Position numbers and translations under genes: made by a program. The notes beneath the pieces were generated by a model. The model was not told the DNA's origin. It worked only from the letters and a program-made list of their open reading frames with translations, and did no database searches. From contig JAISHM010000006.1 in the NCBI GenBank assembly GCA_031262525.1, positions 7,880 through 71,879 on the forward strand: 64,000 bases of DNA, in the 5' to 3' direction. Shown in pieces: positions 43,498 through 53,141 of this stretch. Origin of the DNA: Rickettsiales bacterium. Its GTDB lineage: Bacteria; Pseudomonadota; Alphaproteobacteria; Rs-D84. Each line of letters begins with the position of its first letter. The first letter of the stretch is position 1.

Positions 43498-44700
43498 ATG
43501 GCGTCGGATAAATACCTTTCTATGAAATCATCTGTATCTGGATTCTCGTTTGCGAATCTGGGTTTTTTTTATGGGCTGGGTAGTGCGATTATCGCAACGG
43601 TTTATTCACTGGTTTTGTTTGATATTTTGGGCGGCACTGCATGGGTTGGAATTTATAATTCGTTGTCCTATGGCTTTGTAATGATATTGGCATTGCTGAC
43701 GGGTGAATTTTTTCGCCGATTTACCAAAACGCGAATTTTTTATTATGCAATGTTTGCGGCGGGCTCTATCGCATTTTTAATGGGTTTTTCTGTTAAACCG
43801 ATTACATTTATTATATTGGACCAGTTATCATGGTTGCCATGGCTGTTGATTATGTATTGCATACCATTATTTTTAACAGACTTTTGTAAAAAGGTTGGAT
43901 TGGAAAAATTATCTGGGCGATATTATACATGGCAGAATATAGGAACATTGGTTGCGCCAATTATTGCGATGTTTGCGGCGACACATTTTGGAAACCGCAG
44001 CGCGTATTTAATCGCGTCGGCAATTATGTTTGCAGGATTGGCTTATTTTAATAGTTATCGCGTTGTCTCTGCGGATAAACCAATAAAAAAAATAATCCCG
44101 CGCAAAACATTGCGTTCAATGAAAAACAATGTAAAAAGTTATTTTGCACGGCCGGCTCTCACACGCGCTTATTTGATAAATTGTGGGTACTATGCGGTGT
44201 ATATCGTGGCAAATATCTATGCGCCGATTTTAATTATAGACCAGTATGGTTTTTCCAAAACTGCATTGGGGCTTATTCTGGCGGCGTGTATTATTCCCTA
44301 TATTTTGCTGGCGTCACCTATTACAAATTTATCAAAAAAGATTGGCAAGAAAGCAATTATCGTAACTGGATTTTTTGCGTATGCGGTATGTGCATTTTTT
44401 GCGACCTTTGCCAATGGACCAATGTTTGTTGCGCTGTTGTTGTTATCAAATACAGCGATGGCAACACTGGAACCAGTGCGTGATTTATTGTTCTTTGATG
44501 CAACCAATCGGGCAGATGCGTCGCGCTTTATTGGGATATTTAATGGGGGGGATAATGTTCCAAAATTTATTATTCCAATGATTTGCGCGGGGGTTATCTT
44601 TTTAACAGGGGGGTGGACATCGGCGGTATGGTTGGTGTCATGCGTATGCGCGGTTGCGACGGGGGTAATTATGCTGTTGCCGTTAAAAACTTATAAATGA
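43498..44700 (+). CDS. MFS-type transporter
   Basis: 400 aa, about 12 hydrophobic spans, with a basic loop between TM2 and TM3 (GEFFRRFTKTR). Confidence 0.55.
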   Translation: MASDKYLSMKSSVSGFSFANLGFFYGLGSAIIATVYSLVLFDILGGTAWVGIYNSLSYGFVMILALLTGEFFRRFTKTRIFYYAMFAAGSIAFLMGFSVKPITFIILDQLSWLPWLLIMYCIPLFLTDFCKKVGLEKLSGRYYTWQNIGTLVAPIIAMFAATHFGNRSAYLIASAIMFAGLAYFNSYRVVSADKPIKKIIPRKTLRSMKNNVKSYFARPALTRAYLINCGYYAVYIVANIYAPILIIDQYGFSKTALGLILAACIIPYILLASPITNLSKKIGKKAIIVTGFFAYAVCAFFATFANGPMFVALLLLSNTAMATLEPVRDLLFFDATNRADASRFIGIFNGGDNVPKFIIPMICAGVIFLTGGWTSAVWLVSCVCAVATGVIMLLPLKTYK

Positions 44701-44758
44701 TATTGACTAAATCCCTGTAATTTTCTATACTTTTTTATAAAAGATAAGGAGTTTTTTT

Positions 44759-45820
44759 ATGGCAAAGAAAGAAGTTGAAAAAGTTGCGCCAACCGCGAAA
44801 AATCCAGCATTGGAATCTGCATTGGCGCAAATACAAAAACAATTCGGCAAAGACGCAATTATGAAAATGGGCGATGGAAGTCAGCAAAATATCGAGGCGA
44901 TTTCTACTGGTTCCCTGGGGTTGGACATCGCGCTGGGGATTGGTGGTTATCCAAAGGGTCGTATTGTTGAAATTTATGGACCGGAATCATCTGGGAAAAC
45001 AACGCTGGCGTTGCACGCCGTGGCCGAGGCGCAAAAAAAAGGCGGGGTCGCTGCATACATTGACGCGGAAAATGCGCTGGACCCATCGTATGCAAAAAAG
45101 TTAGGTGTTGATGTTGAGAATTTAATTATTTCCCAGCCATCCAGTGGCGAAGAAGCATTGGAAATCGCAGATACACTGATTAAATCGGGCGCGGTTGATG
45201 TTGTTGTTGTAGATTCTGTCGCGGCACTGGTGACCAAGGCAGAATTAGAAGGAAATATGGGGGATACCTATATGGGGACGACAGCTCGTTTAATGTCGTC
45301 ATCATTGAAAAAATTGGCAGGCAGTGTTTCACGCAGTAATACCTTGATGATTTTCATAAATCAAATCAGAATGAAAATCGGTGTTATGTTTGGGTCGCCA
45401 GAAACGACCAGCGGTGGAAATGCGTTAAAATTTTATGCTTCGGTGCGCCTTGATATTCGTCGCACTGGAGCAATCAAAGACAAAGAAAATATTGTCGGAA
45501 ATGAAACACGGGTAAAGGTTGTAAAAAATAAAGTCGCGCCACCATTCCGCGTTGTTGATTTCAAGATTATGTATGGCGAGGGTATTTCCCGTCTATCCGA
45601 GATTTTAGATATGGGTGTAAAGTTTGACTTTATTGAAAAGGCGGGGTCATTTTATTCTTATAATTCAGAACGAATTGGTCAGGGCGAGGCGAATGCGCGT
45701 CAGTGGTTAAAAGATAATCCAGACAAGGCCGAAGAAATTCTGAAACGGATTATGGATAAATCATCGGGCATCGCCGAAGAAATGACAACCGGTCCAGATG
45801 CCGACGACGATGCAGAATAA
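44759..45820 (+). CDS. recA: recombinase A
   Basis: [34 protein letters not shown] Walker A, and VVVDSVAAL. Confidence 0.97.
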   Translation: MAKKEVEKVAPTAKNPALESALAQIQKQFGKDAIMKMGDGSQQNIEAISTGSLGLDIALGIGGYPKGRIVEIYGPESSGKTTLALHAVAEAQKKGGVAAYIDAENALDPSYAKKLGVDVENLIISQPSSGEEALEIADTLIKSGAVDVVVVDSVAALVTKAELEGNMGDTYMGTTARLMSSSLKKLAGSVSRSNTLMIFINQIRMKIGVMFGSPETTSGGNALKFYASVRLDIRRTGAIKDKENIVGNETRVKVVKNKVAPPFRVVDFKIMYGEGISRLSEILDMGVKFDFIEKAGSFYSYNSERIGQGEANARQWLKDNPDKAEEILKRIMDKSSGIAEEMTTGPDADDDAE

Positions 45821-45834
45821 AATTTATATGTAAT

Positions 45835-45869
45835 AAAAAACAAACCCCGGTTTTCGGGGTTTGTTTTTT
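45835..45869. terminator. bidirectional rho-independent terminator between recA and typA
   Basis: AAAAAACAAACCCCG-GTTTT-CGGGGTTTGTTTTTT is a perfect extended hairpin with A- and T-runs on both sides. Confidence 0.8.
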
Positions 45870-47691
45870 ATTTCTTTGCTTTTTTACGCATTGTTGAATC
45901 CAATTCCCTTTTTCGCAATCTGATTGTGTTTGGTGTAACCTCTACCAATTCATCATCTTGGATATAGGATAATGCTTCTTCCAGACTAATCCGACGCGGT
46001 GGCGCCAAGAATAATTTTTCATCCGCCGTCACAGAACGCATATTGGTCAATTCCTTGCCCTTTATTGGATTTACTTCCAGGTCATTTTCTTTGCTGTGTT
46101 CGCCGATAATCATACCAGAATAAACCAATGTTTGTGGTTCAATAAATAATGTGCCGCGTGGTTGCAAGTTAAACAGCGCGTATGTCGCCGCACCACCATT
46201 TTCCATAGAAACCAAAACACCCGGGCGATAGGTTTCAATATCACCACGATAAAAATCATATTTATCAAAGATACGATTCATTATACCTGTGCCGCGTGTG
46301 TCTGTGCGAAACTCTGATAAATATCCAATCAGTCCCCGACTTGGCGCCGAAAATACAATTCGCGATTTACCAACGCCCGATGGTTTCATCTCAATAATCA
46401 TACCCTTGCGCTTGGTCATTTTTTCAATAACAACGCCGCTGTATTCATCATCAACATCAATCACAACATCTTCGATTGGTTCCAGTTTGTTTCCATTTTC
46501 ATCTTCGTGGAACACAACGCGCGGACGCGAAACTGATAATTCAAAACCCTCGCGGCGCATGGTTTCAATCAAAATCCCCAGTTGTAATTCGCCACGACCA
46601 GAAACCTCGAACGCTTCGTTATTCGCGCTTTGCACCACGCGCAGCGCAATGTTTGTTTCTGCTTCCTTGAATAATCTTTCGCCAATCATTCGACTGGTCA
46701 ATTTTTTCCCACCGCTCTTTCCCGCCAGTGGCGAAGTATTTACAAAAAATGTCATTGTCAGGGTCGGCGGGTCAATCGGCAATGCAGGAATTGGTGCAGA
46801 AACAGATGGGTCACACAGGGTATCAGCCACTGTTGCCTTGCTGAATCCAGCAACAACAACAATATCGCCGGCAGACGCGCTGTCCAGTGAAATTTTTTCA
46901 ACACCGCGATGTTCAATAATTTTTGTGATTTTTGCGTTTTCAACAAAATCACCATTCATATTTATTGCTTTTACACTTTGCCCAACACGGACACTGCCAC
47001 TTTCAATTCGTCCAGTCAGTATTCGTCCAACATATGGGTCCGCTTCTAGCGTTGTCGCCAACATCTTAAAAGGTCCATCCGTATCCAGTCGTCCCGGTAC
47101 GCAATCAGGCGCCGGCACATGGTCAATAATCAGTTGAAACAAAGGTGTTAAATCCTTGGGTTCATCTGTCAATTCACGCGTCGCCCAACCATCGCGACCC
47201 ACCGCATAGACATACGGGAAATCCAATTGCGCATCTGTCGCGCCCAATTTATCAAACAGGTCAAATGTTTCGGATAATACTTCGTCAGGACGGGCATCAT
47301 GCCTGTCCACCTTGTTTATACAAACAATAGGACGCAGTCCCAGTTTTAACGCCTTACCCAATACAAATTTTGTTTGGGGCAGGGGACCCTCGGAACTATC
47401 TACCAATAATACAACACCATCAACCATGGATAAAATTCGTTCCACTTCTCCGCCAAAGTCCGCGTGCCCAGGGGTATCCACAATGTTGATTTTATAATCA
47501 CGCCACACGACCGATGTCGGTTTTGCAGAAATTGTGATTCCGCGTTCGCGTTCCAAATCCCCGCTGTCCATAACGCGGTCGGCGACCTTTTCATTTTCAC
47601 GAAACGAGCCCGCTTGTTTTAACATATTATCAACCAAGGTTGTTTTGCCGTGGTCAACGTGCGCGATAATCGCAATGTTTCTGATTTTCAT
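45868..47691 (-). CDS. typA: translational GTPase TypA/BipA
   Basis: 607 aa. IRNIAIIAHVDHGKTTLVD, DTPGHADFGGEVER and NKVDR GTPase motifs with BipA-type C-terminal domains. Confidence 0.95.
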   Translation of the reverse strand: MKIRNIAIIAHVDHGKTTLVDNMLKQAGSFRENEKVADRVMDSGDLERERGITISAKPTSVVWRDYKINIVDTPGHADFGGEVERILSMVDGVVLLVDSSEGPLPQTKFVLGKALKLGLRPIVCINKVDRHDARPDEVLSETFDLFDKLGATDAQLDFPYVYAVGRDGWATRELTDEPKDLTPLFQLIIDHVPAPDCVPGRLDTDGPFKMLATTLEADPYVGRILTGRIESGSVRVGQSVKAINMNGDFVENAKITKIIEHRGVEKISLDSASAGDIVVVAGFSKATVADTLCDPSVSAPIPALPIDPPTLTMTFFVNTSPLAGKSGGKKLTSRMIGERLFKEAETNIALRVVQSANNEAFEVSGRGELQLGILIETMRREGFELSVSRPRVVFHEDENGNKLEPIEDVVIDVDDEYSGVVIEKMTKRKGMIIEMKPSGVGKSRIVFSAPSRGLIGYLSEFRTDTRGTGIMNRIFDKYDFYRGDIETYRPGVLVSMENGGAATYALFNLQPRGTLFIEPQTLVYSGMIIGEHSKENDLEVNPIKGKELTNMRSVTADEKLFLAPPRRISLEEALSYIQDDELVEVTPNTIRLRKRELDSTMRKKAKK

Positions 47692-47707
47692 ATATTTACT
47701 CTTTTAA

Positions 47708-48001
47708 TTATAACCCTGTTATAAAGTCTGGAAAGCCCACGTCTTCTTCGTCCAGTTTATCATCCACAGGCTCTGGCGCAGGTATTTTTTCCCCAGGCGC
47801 ACGTGTAGTGTCAATTTTTGATTGCTCTTCATTTACAATACGGCCATAGTGTTCCGCCATTTGTAAAATTCTTTCCCGTTCAATCGGGTCGGAAACACCA
47901 CGCGCCGCGTCCATATATTGTTTTCTTTTTTGACGCCAGCGATGACAGCGTTGTATCATTGACCCAACAGGCGATTGTTTTTTATTATTATTGTTTTGCA
48001 T
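47708..48001 (-). CDS. DUF4167-like small basic protein
   Basis: 97 aa. ...YMDAARGVSDPIERERILQMAEHYGRIV resembles the alphaproteobacterial DUF4167 Q.AEHY.R core. Confidence 0.4.
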   Translation of the reverse strand: MQNNNNKKQSPVGSMIQRCHRWRQKRKQYMDAARGVSDPIERERILQMAEHYGRIVNEEQSKIDTTRAPGEKIPAPEPVDDKLDEEDVGFPDFITGL

Positions 48002-48092
48002 AATTTTTTCTTTGTTATTAAAGTGGAAATTATCCAGGGAAATTTATTAAATGTCCCAAGGTTCCCTATATTTTACACCGATAGAAATTCAA

Positions 48093-48121
48093 TTGCAATA
48101 ATTTTTTTTAATCGCTATTAT
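48093..48121 (+). promoter_or_regulatory. candidate sigma70-type promoter of the pilin-like operon
   Basis: TTGCAA - 17 bp - TATTAT, 25 bp upstream of the TTG start at 48146. AGGAGG lies at 48133-48138. Confidence 0.35.
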
Positions 48122-48145
48122 TGCGGATAAGTAGGAGGTTTTTTA

Positions 48146-49585
48146 TTGCGTAAATCGCTCTCTGGAAATTTTTTATTACAGGCGTTATTGGCAATCGCCT
48201 TGATTATGGCGTTTATGCCGTTCCTGGCGTCGCGTATGGCGGTGCAAAAAAATGACGCCGCCGCCGCCGCAATCGCGCGACAGGTAAATATTGCGGCACG
48301 CGCTGCGCGTGGGTATTTAACGGAAAACGAAAAAAATATAAATTATGGAATAACAAAAACAGATGGTGATGATTTTGTTGATTTACTGGAACCATTTGGA
48401 TTGCCGTTGGGTTTTATCCCGACAACAATAGACGAACAAAAAATATCGCTGGTTGCGATTAAATCACAAAATGATATGACAATGCTGGTTGCGCTGGACG
48501 CAGGGAATTTATCAGAATCTGCGCGCGCCGCACTGATGACTCGGATTGGACCGGACGCAGCCGAATTATCCAATGATGGTGTATTGAGTGGTATTGGTGG
48601 TTGGGAAAAAAAGTTAGGCAAGGTTGCGTCATCACTGGATACAGATGCAATTTATGTTTATGTGCAAACCGGGAATGATTATTCGGAACTGGTGCGCCGC
48701 AATTCGTCAGATATAAAACGCAACAGATTTCATACTGATTTATATATGGGTGATAATATGATACGCAATATGACATCGTTATCGGCGAAAAATGCCGATA
48801 TTGGTATTGCAAATTTTGGAACATTGAATATATCGGGAACATCGGACAAGAGAAATATAAAAAATAAAATAGAATCATTAAATGCTGGACGTGCGGTATT
48901 CCAGACGCGTGATGGCGCAAATGCGTTGAATATTACGGGCGGAAATTTAATTGCGGATTCTATAACGACTGGCTCGTTGTTTATGTATGGTGGAATTGGT
49001 GATGTTTCTGCGGGCGATGTGTCGTTAAATTCCCTGACTATGTCGGTGGGCAAGACCGGATTTAACAGCACGGGTGATTGGCGTATAAATGGAAATATGA
49101 CACTATCAAATATATCACTTGATACACAATTGTTGGAAATAAAGGGTTTTATAAACGCCGCACGTGGTCAGGATGTTTTTATAGATACAGATGAATTGAC
49201 ATATTCAACAACCAGTGGGATTATTGCAAATTCTGTATCAACATCATTTATTACATTACGCGACCAAATTTCGTCTTCGTTATTATCTGGTGGAACAGGC
49301 GCGGTTATTTTGGATATTCGCCCAGCGGGTGTTTCATTATTACCAGACATATTATTATCAACAATAAATAATGATGATTTTAGTATTTTACGGCGACCAT
49401 TGGAATCAAACGCTGATACAGACGGGTGTTCCGCGATTATTCGCGCACTGAATAAATCACCAAAATATAATGAAAAATCAGTGTCGCAAAATGTTGTTTG
49501 TCAGATGGTGTATTTGCATCGTTTAGAACAAAGATTAAATGCAGCAGAATGTATTGCAAAGGGGCGTTCGGATTGCGGGGTATAA
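48146..49585 (+). CDS. large prepilin-like protein P1 (pseudopilin/minor-pilin-like N-terminus, beta-solenoid-like C-terminal region)
   Basis: The TTG start is preceded by AGGAGG. The N-terminus MRKSLSG|NFLLQALLAIALIMAFMPF aligns without gaps with P2 and P3 (Gly at -1, Q/E at +5, PF at +18/19). 479 aa. Confidence 0.6.
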   Translation: MRKSLSGNFLLQALLAIALIMAFMPFLASRMAVQKNDAAAAAIARQVNIAARAARGYLTENEKNINYGITKTDGDDFVDLLEPFGLPLGFIPTTIDEQKISLVAIKSQNDMTMLVALDAGNLSESARAALMTRIGPDAAELSNDGVLSGIGGWEKKLGKVASSLDTDAIYVYVQTGNDYSELVRRNSSDIKRNRFHTDLYMGDNMIRNMTSLSAKNADIGIANFGTLNISGTSDKRNIKNKIESLNAGRAVFQTRDGANALNITGGNLIADSITTGSLFMYGGIGDVSAGDVSLNSLTMSVGKTGFNSTGDWRINGNMTLSNISLDTQLLEIKGFINAARGQDVFIDTDELTYSTTSGIIANSVSTSFITLRDQISSSLLSGGTGAVILDIRPAGVSLLPDILLSTINNDDFSILRRPLESNADTDGCSAIIRALNKSPKYNEKSVSQNVVCQMVYLHRLEQRLNAAECIAKGRSDCGV

Positions 49586-49599
49586 ATAAAATTTTTAAT

Positions 49600-50817
49600 T
49601 TGCGACAACAGCGCGGAGCAGGCCTGATGGAAACATTATTGGCGCTGGCGATTGTTGGTGCGATTGCGCCATTTGTGTATGACACAATGTCTGGGGTAAC
49701 CATTGACATTGCCAACGCTGCCGAGGCCACGCAAGTCAAAGCCTGGGGCGGACCAGTTATGGCCTATGTTCGTAAAAATAATGCGGATTGGCCTGCGAAT
49801 GCAGGATTGGAATTTGATGCCGAAGAAATAGTAAAAATAGGTACGGGTAAAAATAAATTGACATCGCCATACGCAGGGTTTATTGAAAAACGCACGGAAA
49901 GTAGCGGCGTTATTATAAATGCTTATCTGGTGTTTCGTCCAAAAGATATTTCCGCTATGCGTGTTCATAAAATCGCAAAATTATTGGGGCGCAACGCTGC
50001 GGTTGCAGACGATAATGGCACAGCGCAAAGCCCATCTGGTTGGCGCGTTTCGTCGGATGTTTTCGCAGTTGGTGATTTGGTCTTTCGTATTTCGGATATT
50101 TTGGGGATGGATGATTCTGAAAAATATCTGCATCGGACATTTCTTGATAGTTTGGATATGAATACGATGCGTCGCGACCTGGATATGGGAAAACATAGTA
50201 TTGTTGATGGCGGCACAATAAATACCCAGGTGTTAAACGCAACAAATGGAAATTTATGGCTGGTTGAAACGCCAGTTATGAAGGTTGGAGAAATTTATTT
50301 TCCATTCGGCGCGACATTGAATGGGTCGCGGGCGCGTTTTAATTCACTCAGTATAAATGGGGATATGAATTCATTCCGTAAAATCACCGCGGGAAAGTTC
50401 AAGGGCACTGGCGCAATCGCAAATACCCAATGGTCATCGCGTGGGAATGTTGTTGCAGATTATGTAAATATATTGGGGGATGTAAATGTAAATAATGGCG
50501 TTCGTGTCGCGTCGTCAACGGCACGAACAATTTCTGGATTTGCATCTGTGGCGACTGGTTCGGTCGCGACGTCTTATTTATCTGCATCTGATGTGTTGTT
50601 TGCGTCTGGCGCGGGTATAACAATATCCAGCGAATTGTTATATTCTAATGCTGATGCGCCATTACAATTGGGTAAGTGGGTATTCCCATCAGAAAACGGA
50701 CCAGAATTTAACAGATTTATTTTGGGCAATTCAGGCGATATAACAAATATATTATCTGTGCCCAATAACAAAGAATTTGATTTAATAATGGGCAGTAATT
50801 GGAAAGACATACGATGA
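49600..50817 (+). CDS. large prepilin-like protein P2
   Basis: MRQQRG|AGLMETLLALAIVGAIAPF is a short basic leader, Gly at -1, Glu at +5 and a hydrophobic helix of about 20 aa. The start is inferred as TTG 49600, 15 nt after the P1 stop; the ORF track begins at 49498 inside P1. The stop overlaps the P3 ATG (ATGA). Confidence 0.6.
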   Translation: MRQQRGAGLMETLLALAIVGAIAPFVYDTMSGVTIDIANAAEATQVKAWGGPVMAYVRKNNADWPANAGLEFDAEEIVKIGTGKNKLTSPYAGFIEKRTESSGVIINAYLVFRPKDISAMRVHKIAKLLGRNAAVADDNGTAQSPSGWRVSSDVFAVGDLVFRISDILGMDDSEKYLHRTFLDSLDMNTMRRDLDMGKHSIVDGGTINTQVLNATNGNLWLVETPVMKVGEIYFPFGATLNGSRARFNSLSINGDMNSFRKITAGKFKGTGAIANTQWSSRGNVVADYVNILGDVNVNNGVRVASSTARTISGFASVATGSVATSYLSASDVLFASGAGITISSELLYSNADAPLQLGKWVFPSENGPEFNRFILGNSGDITNILSVPNNKEFDLIMGSNWKDIR

Positions 50818-52133
50818 AAATAAAACGCAGATTTTTTTCAAGGACACAGCGCGGTGGTATGATGATAGAAATTTTATTGTCGCTCGCGATTACGGCCGCC
50901 GCACTGCCTTTTGTTTTACGTGATGTTGCCAACCGCGCAAGACGTGCAGAAAATGTTATGGTTGCGCGTGAAATAGCCGATGTTCGTGATGCACTGGAAA
51001 GATATATGGATACGAATAAATATGAGTTGTTAAAACCTATATCGCGAACAATTACACGGGTTAAAATGGCGGATTTGGCGACTTATGGTAATTTACCAAC
51101 CGATATGGATAAATATGCCGCGCGTGTTATAAAGTCTCGTGATGTAAATGGTCGCGGTGTTTTATCCGGTGTTGTAATTTATAATTCTGAAAATGAATCT
51201 GTTATGCGGACACGCGAAATTGCTGCTTTTGGTGGTGGTTCTGCCGGATTTATCGAAGATGGTCGTGCAATTGGTGTGTATGGTGATTGGACCAGTAATA
51301 CCAGTATTTTTGATGCAAATATAGAAAAAGACGCCATTGTTCAAAATACCGGGACAATAATTTCATCGGGGGATTTTTTATGGAGAATTCCGTCTGATAA
51401 TGCGACAGACGGAACTATGTCGTCGGATTTGTCTTTGGGTGGATATGGAATTTTAGATGCACGGGATATTACAACATATACATCTGACTGGACCGAAATT
51501 TTCAAGGCCGACGCTATAAATGCGCGGACCGCACGAATTACCCCGCGCGCTGATATAGATTTTGGTGTAATCGTATCGGGGGATGCGGGGGTTATGGGGG
51601 CTTTGACATCTGATTCGCGTAATGCAGAATTGACGGGTGGTTTGTTTATAAATGGTGATGCGCGCCTGTCCAGGTTAGAGGCGAGTCAATTATGGGTGCG
51701 GGATTTGTCTTTATCTGCATTATCGTCCAGCAACGAAGACGGAACCGCCGCAATGAACATAGGTGGTGTTATGGATATTACACGCGGACATATTTATTCC
51801 CAGGTCGCGACAATTGGTTCCCAGGGCAGTATAGCGCCTAAAATAGCGATTGAAACAAAAATATCAGATAACACCAATCCAAATTATTATTGGGATTTAG
51901 AACTGGGTGATGCGGCAATGAGTGATATTATATTGGGGCAATTGACACCGATGATACAAAACGCGATAAAGAAAGAGTCTGGGAATTCACGGACTTTGTC
52001 GGCGTTTTCACAAATATCAGCAAATAATAACGCGACACTTTTGGATTATGTGCGTGCAACCGAAGACATAAAAAAGCAATTACAACAAAAATATATACAA
52101 ATTCAAGAAATAATAAAAAATACACAAAACTAG
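50814..52133 (+). CDS. large prepilin-like protein P3
   Basis: MKIKRRFFSRTQRG|GMMIEILLSLAITAAALPF has Gly at -1 and Glu at +5. 439 aa. It shares the internal motif L-x-R-x13-D-L-x-[ML]-G-x3-I with P1 and P2. Confidence 0.6.
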   Translation: MKIKRRFFSRTQRGGMMIEILLSLAITAAALPFVLRDVANRARRAENVMVAREIADVRDALERYMDTNKYELLKPISRTITRVKMADLATYGNLPTDMDKYAARVIKSRDVNGRGVLSGVVIYNSENESVMRTREIAAFGGGSAGFIEDGRAIGVYGDWTSNTSIFDANIEKDAIVQNTGTIISSGDFLWRIPSDNATDGTMSSDLSLGGYGILDARDITTYTSDWTEIFKADAINARTARITPRADIDFGVIVSGDAGVMGALTSDSRNAELTGGLFINGDARLSRLEASQLWVRDLSLSALSSSNEDGTAAMNIGGVMDITRGHIYSQVATIGSQGSIAPKIAIETKISDNTNPNYYWDLELGDAAMSDIILGQLTPMIQNAIKKESGNSRTLSAFSQISANNNATLLDYVRATEDIKKQLQQKYIQIQEIIKNTQN

Positions 52134-52171
52134 GTTTGTGTTTTGGGTAAAAGTTTTTTATAATAGGTTTT

Positions 52172-52648
52172 ATGAAAATAACTTGTCCTTTTTGTGGTGT
52201 ATCTTATTCTGTGCGTGCTGATGCTGGTCGGTTTCAATGCGCTGTATGTTCGCATGTGTGGCGCGCAGATTTACGCGCCCAAAAATCACGACGGGTAAAG
52301 TTATTATTATCTGGATTTATTTTATTGGTTGCAGTGTTTATTCTGGTTGCTACAATTTTATGGTTTCCAAATAATCATCATGATGAATTGACAGCAAATG
52401 TAAATTCTGTATCGCAAATGGAAACTTCATTAAATGTTTCGGGTGTAATTAAAAACATATCTGATAATTTATATGGTATTCCAGATATGTTTGTTATTAT
52501 AACAGATAAATCTGGTGTGGTGATAAATTCGTATCGGTTTTCGCCACCTGCGCCGCTGCTGGATTCTGGGGAAAGTATAAATTTTTCTGTTGATGTTCCA
52601 GGAAGTTATACTGGTGCGATAAAAGTTATGGTAAAGTTTAAGGAGTAG
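52172..52648 (+). CDS. zinc-ribbon (MJ0042-type CxxC...CxxC) membrane protein with DUF3426-like C-terminus
   Basis: MKITCPFCGVSYSV....FQCAVCSHVW, then one TM (LLLSGFILLVAVFILVATILW), then a beta-sandwich-like tail (VSGVIKNIS...INFSVDV). Confidence 0.55.
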   Translation: MKITCPFCGVSYSVRADAGRFQCAVCSHVWRADLRAQKSRRVKLLLSGFILLVAVFILVATILWFPNNHHDELTANVNSVSQMETSLNVSGVIKNISDNLYGIPDMFVIITDKSGVVINSYRFSPPAPLLDSGESINFSVDVPGSYTGAIKVMVKFKE

Positions 52649-52652
52649 GGCA

Positions 52653-53141
52653 ATGAAAAAAATACTTTGTTTTGTTGTTGGAATTTTTTGTATTACAGGT
52701 TCGGCAATTGCAGACTTGACCGCGAACCCATCTGTTAAACCATCGTATGTCAGTGTCTTTTCCACCAGTTCCGATTGGGAGGCCGTAACAGGTCTGCGTT
52801 TTTCAGAATATACTTTGGAATTTGTGCGTTCTCGGGCGATAAATGGGCGCGGCACAGAAATTTATTTTCTGGATGAATTTCCATGTGTTGGTCAGGCATC
52901 TGATGTTCGCCAATGGATTTCTGCGAAAAGAACTAAAACATCGGCGGCCGATATGCGGATTACATGTTTGGTTGCCCCGGAATCTGTAAAATTTGCTTGG
53001 CGGGACGCGGGAATGGACGATGCCCAGGGGCGCACGACAGGGATGATGGAATGTGAAACACGGGGTCGTGGGAATACATTGGTTATTGACCTGGCGGATT
53101 GTGATACGGATATAACATGGGATAAATTGAAAAAACAATGA
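52653..53141 (+). CDS. secreted hypothetical protein
   Basis: Signal peptide MKKILCFVVGIFCITGSAIA. 162 aa with several Cys. It starts 4 nt after the previous gene and has an ATGA overlap with rluD. Confidence 0.4.
   Translation: MKKILCFVVGIFCITGSAIADLTANPSVKPSYVSVFSTSSDWEAVTGLRFSEYTLEFVRSRAINGRGTEIYFLDEFPCVGQASDVRQWISAKRTKTSAADMRITCLVAPESVKFAWRDAGMDDAQGRTTGMMECETRGRGNTLVIDLADCDTDITWDKLKKQ

Noticed and set aside
46289-47137. 282-aa plus-strand ORF, with several smaller ones, inside typA. The same situation holds for 53083-53832 inside rluD, 15204-15847 inside aspS, 2674-4269 inside gyrB, and 40512-40943 and 41030-41867 inside rnc/M23.
   Set aside because: All are antisense to strongly recognisable conserved genes and have low-complexity Ser/Pro/Ile-rich composition. 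They are shadow ORFs.
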